This document shows, piece after piece, positions 44,019 to 53,352 of a stretch of DNA of 64,000 bases (its first letter is position 1; every line of letters begins with the position of its first letter). The position numbers were made by a program, and so were the translations under genes. Below the pieces are notes generated by a model. The model saw only the letters and a program-made list of their open reading frames with translations. It was not told the DNA's origin and ran no database searches. The stretch is taken from assembly GCA_963806185.1 (NCBI GenBank), contig CAWDXE010000006.1, positions 64,001 to 128,000 on the forward strand, given 5' to 3'. This DNA comes from an uncultured candidate division Zixibacteria bacterium (lineage in GTDB: Bacteria > Zixibacteria > MSB-5A5 > GN15 > FEB-12).

Positions 44019-44729
44019 CCGTACCCCACCTACCAGGTGGGTTCGCTCGAGACCGCTTTTCCCTTCACCCATCACTTGCGACTCTCCCCAACGCACCGTT
44101 CCTCGCGTGATCCAGCCTCGATGTTCCAGCCATCCGGCACCAACATCCCCGGATTCGCCAAGCCTGCATACCACCGGCAACTCGACCACGACCACCGCGT
44201 CGACTCATCGACCAGCCCGGCACGCACCGGGTTATTATGACAGTACTGGATCGCCGCGACCACCGCTTCGTCGCTGCGAAGATTCCGATCGAAACACCGC
44301 CGCTGCCAGATCGCTGTCCGCTCCTGCCCATCGCGTACCACGTGAAACGGGGTGCGATGCCTATGCTCGCGGCCATCCAGTAGAACACTAATGGCGCGCC
44401 CGCTTAGCCGCTTAATCTCCCCGATAGTTCGTCCCAAATCCACCTCCACAGGCGGCACCACCACCAGATGCACGTGATCCGGCATGTACACCCAGGCAAG
44501 AAGGCGAAGACCACTTTGATGCCGCACCGTCTCGATCGCGTCAGAGACCGCCTGACGGGTGGTATTGTTGGTCAAGAGCGGCGTGCGCCGATGAATACAG
44601 AAGGTGATGAATCGGGCCCGGCCGTCATGATCATAATGCTTAAGCCGCATACCGCCTCAGATGAACGAGCGGTGGTTGCCGCTCGGGGAAAAGCACAGAA
44701 GCCGAACCCACCTGTTAGGTGGGGTACGG
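44019..44729. mobile_element. REPtron: RAYT gene bracketed by inverted 27-nt REPs
   Basis: CCGTACCCCACCTACCAGGTGGGTTCG (44019-44045) and its inverse with one mismatch (44703-44729). Confidence 0.85.
44072..44650 (-). CDS. REP-associated tyrosine transposase (HUH Y1, TnpA-REP/RAYT)
   Basis: FITF, MPDHVH (HUH), WQRR.FDR..R, Y.HNNPV.AGLV and W.WSS motifs. Confidence 0.92.
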   Translation of the reverse strand: MRLKHYDHDGRARFITFCIHRRTPLLTNNTTRQAVSDAIETVRHQSGLRLLAWVYMPDHVHLVVVPPVEVDLGRTIGEIKRLSGRAISVLLDGREHRHRTPFHVVRDGQERTAIWQRRCFDRNLRSDEAVVAAIQYCHNNPVRAGLVDESTRWSWSSCRWYAGLANPGMLVPDGWNIEAGSREERCVGESRK

Positions 44730-44796
44730 TTCCTACGCTCTCGTCGGGAACATAGCGAATGTCATCCACGGTGGCAAGAGGGGATAATAAGGGGCG

Positions 44797-45066
44797 TTAC
44801 CGGTTCAGCTCACCATCAATTACCTGCAACCTTGCCTTGAAGTATTTCGCTTCGGCAAACAGGCAATTATCACCGCTTACTCGGAGGGCGTTGATGGCAC
44901 GATCAACGAAATTATGCTGATAAATACCCAGCCCAATGAGAGCTTGAGTTCGACAAATATCGAATTCAGGACCAAGGTCCGATTCGCCCACGCTCAATTC
45001 ATCGAGCAGACGAATCGCTTCCTGAAAGTCCCGACGATTGAGTAGTTGACGAATTTCCTGTATCAT
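44797..45066 (-). pseudogene. Short helical/TPR-like ORF, probably the truncated N-terminus of a larger TPR regulator
   Basis: 89 aa MIQEIRQLL..FQEAIRLLD..LFAEAKYFKARL..G; stops ~70 nt before the REPtron. Confidence 0.45.
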
Positions 45067-45367
45067 TTGACGGTACAGCGTTCCTTCCTTCGATCCTGTC
45101 TCGGCCGGTGAACATGTTGAGGCCAAACCACAAACAGATGCATTTCCAGGAATTGTCCAAACGAGTTGAGCCTTTTGGTATCGACGGAGATTTGTCTATA
45201 ACAAACGGATCATCATCCGTCTCCCCACCCATCCCGACTGACGGCCGATACGTACTCCGATAATCCAGGGCCGATACCGACGGTACCACCAGCAACGCGA
45301 AAACCGCCACCATTCCTATGGCTATCCACCGCGTCGCCGTTTGCCAGAGTGCTCGCATTCGCTTCAT
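44999..45367 (-). CDS. Small exported protein / pro-peptide
   Basis: Signal peptide (MKRMRALW..VPSVSA), acidic GGETDDDPF motif, Ser-rich tail; AGGAGTGAAAGG upstream. Confidence 0.5.
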   Translation of the reverse strand: MKRMRALWQTATRWIAIGMVAVFALLVVPSVSALDYRSTYRPSVGMGGETDDDPFVIDKSPSIPKGSTRLDNSWKCICLWFGLNMFTGRDRIEGRNAVPSNDTGNSSTTQSSGLSGSDSSAR

Positions 45368-45903
45368 ATTCCTTTCACTCCTGATACCTAATATCAACCC
45401 CGCGACGTCTGCATCGCCGCTCATCGTTACAATCGTTTGCTATCGTCTCTATCGTGCAATAGACAAGTTATCTCTGATGAGTGGGTCGGCAAGAACCAGT
45501 GCATCAGTCTGCACTGTTACTGGAAGATTACGGCTTGAGAACGCGTGAGCCGGAATCTCCACGAGTCCCCGCCGGCCACCTGTCATGTATGAGTAGACTA
45601 CGACCACCTGCTATAATGTGTCAAGGGAAAAACGCAGAAAAGACTCTAAAAGTGGAAATAGTTATCTCTGACTGATGGTATCAGTGATGAAGCGACATGA
45701 CACTGTGTGACAACAATCCGTCACTGCCAATTTTATCGTGAAGCATTACAATCGGTTGGCCATTTCTTGCCACTTCCGTCGCCTCTTTGCTTCTCCCCGC
45801 TACACCCACCCCGCCGTTTTAACCTTGCTTCCCTCTCCCCCGCTTGTTACGCTATCCCCACACCGCGCCACTGCTTGGCCGGCCTGAAACGGTAAGAGGA
45901 ACC

Positions 45904-47247
45904 ATGACCATCAACCCGTCTATTTTCAAAGCGTATGATATCCGGGGCACCTACCCCGAACAACTCGCCGAGGAACAAGCCTACGCCATCGGCGCCGCCA
46001 TCGCCACCTATCTCAAACCCAAAGCCATCGCCGTCGGCCGCGACATGCGCATCTCCTCCGGCCCGCTCTTCGACGCCGTCGCGCGCGGCATCAATGACTG
46101 CGGCGTCGACGTGATCGATCTCGGCCTCGTCTCCACCGACGGCCTTTACTTCGCCGTCGGCAAATTCGGCTACGACGGCGGCATTATGATCACCGCCAGT
46201 CACAATCCGAAACAGTACAACGGATTCAAGGTCTGCCGCAAAAATGCCGAACCGCTCTCCGGCTCTGAAGGACTCGACGAAATCCTCAAATCGATTCAGG
46301 AAAACCGCCACATCACCAAGGCCGGCACGCGCGGCGCCATTGTCCGCAAAGACATTTCCGAAGCGTACGCCGATCATTGCCTGTCGTTTATTGACCGCAG
46401 CAAAATCCGGCCGTATTCGATTGTCATCGACGCCGGCAATGGTATGGCGGGCGCCACTCTCCCCCCCGTGCTCGATCAACTGCCCATCACCGTCCATCGG
46501 CTCTATTTCGATCTCGACGGCTCTTTTCCGAATCATCCCGCTTCACCAATCGAACTTGAAAACCTGGTCGACCTGCAGAAGAAAATCGCCGAGACCAAAG
46601 CCGATTTCGGCGTGGCGTTTGACGGCGACGCAGATCGGATGTTTCTCCTCGACAAATTCGGCACTCAGCTCGGCGGCGATATGGTGACGGCACTTGTATC
46701 CAAATCCCTTTTGACCAAACACCCGGGCGAAACCATCCTCTACAACCTGATCTGCTCGCACGCCGTCCCGGAACTGGTCCAGCGCATGGGCGGCAAGCCG
46801 ATCCGCACTCGCGTTGGCCACGCCCTGATCAAACCGCTCATGAAGAAATACAACGCCATCTTCGGCGGCGAACATTCCGGCCATTTCTATTTTCGCGACT
46901 TCTGGTTCGCCGACTCCGGTCTGATCGCATTTTTGGTTTGCCTCGAGCTGATCTCGATGGAGAACCGCCCCCTGCACGAAATGGTCAAGCAGATCGACCC
47001 GTATGTCCGCTCCGGCGAAATCAACAGCCGCGTCGAATCGATTGCCGAAACCATCAACCGCGTGAAGGCGAACTTCAAGGACGGCAAACTGGACGAGATC
47101 GACGGCGTCACGATCGAGTATCCCGATTTCTGGTTCAACTTGCGGCCGTCCAACACCGAGCCGCTCCTGCGGCTCAACGCCGAGGCCAACAACAAGACCA
47201 CGCTGGATCAGACGGTTGACCGTCTTTTGAAAATCATTCGGGGGTGA
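45904..47247 (+). CDS. manB: Phosphomannomutase/phosphoglucomutase
   Basis: FKAYDIRG, TASHNP, FDGDADR, GGEHSGH and RPSNTEP motifs. Confidence 0.93.
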   Translation: MTINPSIFKAYDIRGTYPEQLAEEQAYAIGAAIATYLKPKAIAVGRDMRISSGPLFDAVARGINDCGVDVIDLGLVSTDGLYFAVGKFGYDGGIMITASHNPKQYNGFKVCRKNAEPLSGSEGLDEILKSIQENRHITKAGTRGAIVRKDISEAYADHCLSFIDRSKIRPYSIVIDAGNGMAGATLPPVLDQLPITVHRLYFDLDGSFPNHPASPIELENLVDLQKKIAETKADFGVAFDGDADRMFLLDKFGTQLGGDMVTALVSKSLLTKHPGETILYNLICSHAVPELVQRMGGKPIRTRVGHALIKPLMKKYNAIFGGEHSGHFYFRDFWFADSGLIAFLVCLELISMENRPLHEMVKQIDPYVRSGEINSRVESIAETINRVKANFKDGKLDEIDGVTIEYPDFWFNLRPSNTEPLLRLNAEANNKTTLDQTVDRLLKIIRG

Positions 47248-47253
47248 ACAGCC

Positions 47254-48003
47254 ATGGCACGAGCGTCAATTCTGGTTGTCGATGATGACGAGCTGCTGCT
47301 CGAACTGCTGGTTGATACGCTGACGGCTGTCGGCTACGACGCGGTCGGGGCGCCCGGCGGCATCGAGGCGCTCGACGTCCTTCAGGATCGGAAGTTTGAC
47401 CTGATGATCACCGACATCAAGATGCCGAATATCGACGGCCTGCAGTTGCTCAAGCGGGTGAAACGCCATTACCCCGCTATGCCGGTACTCTTCATCACCG
47501 GCGTCGCTTCGCCCGAGATAATCGGTCATACCGAAGCTGACGGTTTCCTCGCCAAGCCGTTCCGTATCCAGGCCATTGAAGAATTAATCGAATCGGCCCT
47601 GCACCAGAAGCCGGTTTCAGCCGAACACCAGCGCCGGATTCTACTGGTCGGGATGGATCGAAGTTTCGGCGATGTGTTAAGTGAAGGATTGAACTGCCGG
47701 CATTACCTGCCGTTCCCGCATCAGACGCTGAAAGAGGCACTTCACGATCTGGAAAACGGTTCGTTCGACGCGGTCATCGCCGACACCGAGCATTCGCACA
47801 CCGGCGTGAGCGACATGGTCGAACAGATCCGTTCGCTTGGCCCGCGTATTCCGCTCGTATTGGTGGGACAGTCTTTCCCGAATGAAGTGATTGATCGGTA
47901 TCGCGACCGCTTCAACGTTTCGGCTTTTCTGGAGAAACCGTTCAAGGTCGGCCAGGTGATCGACGTGTTGGACCGCCTGACCTCGTCGGTCTCGAGCAAC
48001 TGA
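47254..48003 (+). CDS. Response regulator with two tandem receiver(-like) domains
   Basis: ILVVDDD..ITDIKMP..KPF; degenerate second receiver ending FLEKPF. Confidence 0.88.
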   Translation: MARASILVVDDDELLLELLVDTLTAVGYDAVGAPGGIEALDVLQDRKFDLMITDIKMPNIDGLQLLKRVKRHYPAMPVLFITGVASPEIIGHTEADGFLAKPFRIQAIEELIESALHQKPVSAEHQRRILLVGMDRSFGDVLSEGLNCRHYLPFPHQTLKEALHDLENGSFDAVIADTEHSHTGVSDMVEQIRSLGPRIPLVLVGQSFPNEVIDRYRDRFNVSAFLEKPFKVGQVIDVLDRLTSSVSSN

Positions 48004-48043
48004 TTTCCATTATTGATCATTGTACTATGCGGCAATACACACA

Positions 48044-48410
48044 GTGGCCGGCGTACGTCTCGTGCGCCGGCTCCTTGCCTTTACCCCACTATCATCCCCG
48101 CCACCCCAAATGTCATCCCCGCCTTGAGCGGGGACCCAGTCCTGCATCTCTGCGCGATCTTCTCATACGCCGATTCTTCCTTTGTTTTCAATATTCGCCA
48201 CCCTCCCCCATCGTCATTCCGGCCCCTTGGTCCGGAACCCATGGGTCGAATTATCAGACGTGGTGTCAGGCCCCCGCGCCCGGCACCGATTCCACTCATT
48301 GCGAGGAGCGCAGCGACGAAGCAACCTCATGACAATCGACGTCCTGTGCGCGGCAGGCGTCCTCGCCTGCCCGATCGATGCAGGGGCAGGTCAAGAGCCC
48401 TGCCGCCCAC
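48044..48410. repeat. Mosaic repeat cluster (degenerate copies)
   Basis: GTGGCCGGCGTACGTCTCGTGCGCCGGC (48044-48071), GTCATCCCCG, GTCATTCCGG, GTCAGGCCCCCG and CATTGCGAG..GCAACCT variants. Confidence 0.8.
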
Positions 48411-49270
48411 GAGGGTCAGTCATCCGGGAAGGTATCTCTCCACTCCCCATTCCCCCGACAGGTTTGATGTGCACCCCACCTGCAGTCGAATAGATGCCCG
48501 CCATCAGAACGAAGTTAAAATCCGTGCATCTCAATTCAACCCTGATTGATCCCGAATCTGCCTGCTTTACAAATACCAACAGCGAATCCAGGTAGGTCCC
48601 GTCTGGTCTGAGACTACCCTGCGAGCTTCTCGGAACAAGCGCAATTACAGCATCCGAACCCTGCGCCTCCAGCGTCGGATTTGGACATGCACCGCTCTTC
48701 TTCGGCTGGTATGAAACCGACAGCCAGGCTGTCGTGTCGTCAACTTGCTTCATCACCGCCAGTATTGGAGTCCCTACGGAGGAGTCTATCTTCGGGAATT
48801 CTCCGGGACGAATGTTCCCCCGTATTTTTCCTTTCTCCAACTCCGGCTCATACCGGAAGACGAGTCGCGGATCACCATCCCACACTTCCAGCGAATCGGC
48901 GGTCAATACGAAATATCGCATGGTCGCCCAATGTACTCCGTCGCAGTTTATTGTTACCGTCAGGGCACTGGTGTCGGGCGTGGGAAAGCGCAGAGATGCT
49001 GTTTCCCGCATATAGCGTGTACTGTCAACTGTAAGCGGCTTGGGTGCGATCGGCAACATGACGATTGAACTGTCACCCTGAATTGCCACTTGTGCGTTGG
49101 CACAACTAATTCTCGATTCTGAGACAAATATGTTCACCTCGGCTGTCTTGGCCCCAAAATCGTAGTTGATCACCTTCACTTGCACGTCGTATTGAGGCGG
49201 AGGTGGTTTTGGTACTCTCGCACCAGCGAGCGGCGCCATAGCGATTCCCAGTAGAGCAGCTATCAACATT
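48391..49270 (-). CDS. Hypothetical secreted protein with an internally duplicated beta-rich domain
   Basis: Signal peptide (..LLGIAMAPLAGA); two segments each with C..(Q)G.(S/D)...D(T/S)...V...C; start uncertain. Confidence 0.55.
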
Positions 49271-49572
49271 ATTGCAACTGGCTTTGCCACTGATAAAAAA
49301 AACCGCTCGCATCCGATTGTGGCCGCCCTTCCGGCAGCCAGTTGCTCGAGAACTGATCTCGACCATGCGATCCCCTCCTGCTGAAATACTTGATCCGGAC
49401 TAGCGGGAGCCTGGAAGCAGGCTCGCATTCCGATTCAGCTCCATCGCCGATACACAGATCTGCCTGAATTCTTCCCACCGTTCCACCCTGGATGTACACG
49501 AACGTGTACCGCTGCGCCCATCTTGGCAAAGGCTGCTGCAATTGTCAAGCGGGAAATCCCTCCCATAAATCA

Positions 49573-49598
49573 AGAGCCCCGCATCACTGCGGGGCTCC
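49573..49598 (-). terminator. Intrinsic terminator
   Basis: GAGCCCCGCA-loop-TGCGGGGCTC hairpin ~30 nt downstream of the stop at 49629. Confidence 0.7.
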
Positions 49599-49628
49599 TG
49601 TCTTTGCTTCGCTGAGAGAAGGCGATGC

Positions 49629-52272
49629 TTACTTAACGAGCATCATCTTCTTCACGTTGGAGAACTCGCCGGACGTGAGCTTATAGAAGTACACGCCGCT
49701 AGCTACTGAGCTGGCATCCCACTCAACTGAGAAGAAGCCCGCTTCTTGAGCCGTACCGTTGAAGGTGGTGACAGACTGCCCCTGGATGTTGTAAATCGTC
49801 AGGGAGTAGTCGCCGGCCTTCGGCAGAGCGAACTCAATTGTCGTGCTCGGGTTGAACGGGTTCGGATAGTTCTGCGACAGCGCGTACGCGCGCGGAACCA
49901 GTTTCGCCGCAACCGGCTGGCCGAGAACGGTCGCCATTTCGATGGAGACCATTTCGCCGGACACTTCAAGGAAGTTACCGGTGAAGCCAGTCATGCTGCC
50001 GTGTTCGAAATCGGGATGGATGATGATCCGAGTGATATTGGCACTCTGATCATACTCATAGCCCATCACCGCACTAGTCAGATTCTTAGGCGTCTGGTTG
50101 CCGGCAACCACGACAGCCACGGCACCCATCTCGGCATCAACCGAGTAGACACCACCGTCGTTGCTCCAGATAGCGTTGGCTACGCTGACCTTATCGTACG
50201 GAGCGGCATCGCCCACGACGACACGGATCAAGTAGACCAGGTCGGCCACTGAAAGCGGGATACCGTCAGCATTGACGTCGGAAGCTGCAATCGCACCCTG
50301 CGTCGCATAAGTCGGCGGGATGCAAAGCGGGCAATCCGGCGGGAACGCGGCCAGACCCTTGATGAAGTACTGGGTGAACATAACGGCGTCAGCGATTTCG
50401 TAGCCCAGGCCGTTCAAGGTTGATATCACCACGAGCGTCGATCGAGTCGGCGCAGATGACGTCGACACCACCGTTGAGGAAGTCGATCCAAGCGAACCGG
50501 TTTACCCTTCGCCGGATACATCACACTCAGGCGATGTCGGACCGGTGTAAGACGGCATCGGAGCGCTGAAATCAGTGATATCGACGTAGGTGTCGCCACC
50601 GGCGTCGCCGTAGTAGTCAAACACATTCTTCGCGAGGAAGAGAGTGTCACCACCTACGACTCGAAAGCGTATTATCTCCGCAGTCCATCCAGAAGAACTT
50701 CACGGGCAGCAGCTGGCATTCATACGTCCGATCGTTCGAAACGAGGAACTTAAGAACGGCCAGTTGGAAGGGTCAACAAGCGGATCGCCGACCATATAGC
50801 AATCAGGATGATTCGCACCGTTGTTTGTTTCAGCCATAGCGACGATGCGAACAAGACCGCTCGGGCAGCCATTGCCGCAATTGCCGTTCGGACCAAAGCG
50901 ATACGTGAAATATTCCCAGCCGCAATCCTTGATGAACTGACCCTCTTTGACCTCGGTCAAACTCAACCCAGTCGCATCATAGGCGATGAGGAAGTCGAAA
51001 CCGCCAATCGGGTAGTTCTCGTACGTCGTGGCCAGCAGTGGTTATGTCAATGGTTGTAAATTGACCCTGGAAGACACCCTTACCGTCCGGTCCATGCTGT
51101 TTCTGTATGGTGATCTGGAACGGTACCACCTTTACATTGAAGCAGCAAGTATCCGAGTTCGAAGGATTGTACGTCGGACAAATCGACGTACCGTCCGACA
51201 CCTTCACACAGATCTGGAACGTGCCGGTATAAGCGCAATCTTCACGGTCGCCCAAGTGACTTCACCGGTAACGGGATTGACATTCACCGTACCCGGAGCC
51301 GTTGTGCTCACGAGACTGTAGATCAACTGGCCGAGCGGACCGTCGTCAGTAGCACGATACGGTATCTTGAGCATGTCACCCCAGCCGAATCGTCTTGGCT
51401 GGATCCACCGTCGGGCACGCTAACACCGGTGCGTTGTTCGTCACATTGATGTTGAACGTTACGGTGTCTTTTGCTCCGCAGGCGTCGGCGGCCACGATCT
51501 TAACCGGGTTGACACATACGTCTGCGATCGTCGTAACCCACGAAATGTTGCCATTCGTGGCGTTGACAGTCAAAGCAGTCGGGCCACTCAGCTTGCTGTA
51601 GCTGATGGTCTCGCAGCCATTGAGGGTATCGGGATCGGTAGCATGCGCATTCCCGGTGTAGACAAGCCCAAAATGGAGCGTGGCATCGGGTATGGAAGCC
51701 AGAATCGGCGCATTGTTTGTTACCGTCACGGTACCTGTTGTCACCGCCACCGGCAGAATGCTGGCATTGGCGGCGTTGACAAACTGAGTGGTAATCGGTC
51801 CAAGCGGGCACCCGCAAGCCGTCGAATATTCGAACGTCCCGCCGGCTAACGCCACCGAGCCACCACAGTTATTGCTGGTTTTGAACTTGATCTGGCCAAC
51901 TACCGTGGACCCAATTTTCAGGGACGAATCGGTAGACTGTAGCCGCATAGCAGCAATTCGGATCGTATCCGGGGAGACATGGTTGACACGTGAATAATCG
52001 ATCACGCGATCATCCAAAGCCGTAAACCCCGGCGCCCACTGGAAGGTTAGGGAATCAAAGAACGCGCCGCCGGCCCCGGTTACTTCCAGCACTATTTCCA
52101 CAGCGCTGACCGAGTCTGCCGAGACCACCGCTGTCACATCGAGAAGACCCCGATCACAGCGTAGCGAATTCTTCGACTGGACCGTCACCTGATTAGCGAA
52201 CGATACCGATACCGAAAAAACCACTATAAAGGAGATCAGCAGCAAAGAATATAAGGTTCTTTTTTGCATCAT
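49629..52272 (-). CDS. Secreted cohesin / Ig / cohesin / dockerin / T9SS-type CTD protein, split by several apparent frameshifts (~50420-51380)
   Basis: Fragments 51376-52272, 50977-51255, 50700-50966 and 49629-50471 are colinear with the C-terminal module of the giant gene (CGWEYFTYRFG..GNCG.GCPSGL.RI..AETNNGA; YEIAD.VMFTQYFIKGL; SDVNADGIPL; YALSQNYPNPFNP). Confidence 0.8.
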
Positions 52273-52661
52273 TTAATGCTCCTTTAACAACTCTAAAGAA
52301 CTTTACCTTTTAGGCTATTCACTCAGCCACCACTCTGAAATTACTAACCTAATCTAAAGCCGATGTTTTCCAAAATGGACTGGGCATCGGCGCCCACCAA
52401 TCTCGCTCCAAAGGAACCGGTCAGAACGCGGTGGTAGATTCGCGTGAGAAGTGCGATCTCTGGTTCGAAATTGTTTGGTGATTTAATGAGAGGTTAAAAA
52501 CCGTCCAGGTGTTTTCCACCGGATAGTTTTGCAAGTCTCTTGAAAACCTGGAGGATCAGAGCTTTAATCGACGTAACGCTAAGTTTTAGTTACCGTTACT
52601 AAAGGTGCTGAGGATCCAAAACAGAAGCGTCTTAAACACAACTATTTCCCTAGACGAGCAG

Positions 52662-52690
52662 ATAATACCAACAAACCTTCATTTTGTCAA
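52662..52690 (-). promoter_or_regulatory. Near-consensus sigma-70 promoter
   Basis: Minus strand TTGACA-17 nt-TATTAT, ~390 nt upstream of the ATG at 52272. Confidence 0.7.
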
Positions 52691-52946
52691 GACTTTTTTC
52701 ACTTTCCATCCCCATCTGCCGTTGTTCTACAATGTGTAGTAATAATCGCGCCCCCTCCAACCTCACTCAGAACGATACGCCGAACTCTCCCCACGTCGCC
52801 AAATTCGCGCCAAAAACCCCCGCCTCATCTCCGTCCCAAGAGCAAATTCAGCCCCCCCTGTGCTCCCCCCACGGAGCCTGTCCCACCCCGGCCCCGCCAC
52901 ACTCTCGAAGATCCCGAGTCCCAATCCCCTGCACAACCACATCGGC

Positions 52947-53307
52947 TGTGAAAACAATCACATGTCATCCCTCTTTCGCCTGGCTGGCCGGAATCACTCG
53001 CGAATACAACCGGGCATGGTTCATTAGTGAATTGTTTCACATATATGGCCAATGGCCCACCTCCTTCAGGCATTTGACCCCGGCTACTAATTCCCGGCCG
53101 CGGCCATGTCCAATCAGGGTCCATAGCGCGCCATCAAGCTAGCCCCAATTTCCTAATAAGTGAATTTATTCACAAAGCTAGCCCGCCCCATGCTCCCTGC
53201 CATCTCAATCAGGCGGAGCATGCTTGTGATATAATTCACAAATGATTCGCCGCAAGCTGCGCCCAATTTCCCCAAGCCATTACTCTGTCAGGTGAATTCA
53301 ACCACAA
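52947..53307. promoter_or_regulatory. Array of five GTGA-N6-TCAC palindromic operator boxes (CRP/FNR- or Rex-like)
   Basis: TGTGAAAACAATCACA (52947), AGTGAATTGTTTCACA (53026), AGTGAATTTATTCACAA (53159), TTGTGATATAATTCACAA (53224), GGTGAATTCAACCACAA (53291, degenerate). Confidence 0.65.
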
Positions 53308-53352
53308 GTGAGCAGGCGCGGCAACCGCCCTTGGCGACCGATCAGTCATGCC

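Noticed and set aside
43676..44110. ORFs within repeat clusters (also 36362-36610, 48013-48549, 52684-53142, 58595-58849)
   Set aside because: Translations of repeats or regulatory DNA with no coding signature.
53026..53307. Possible degenerate CRISPR array (66-bp periodicity)
   Set aside because: Shared sequence is only a ~16-bp palindrome with a variable centre, one period is missing, and there are no cas genes; it fits operator boxes better.
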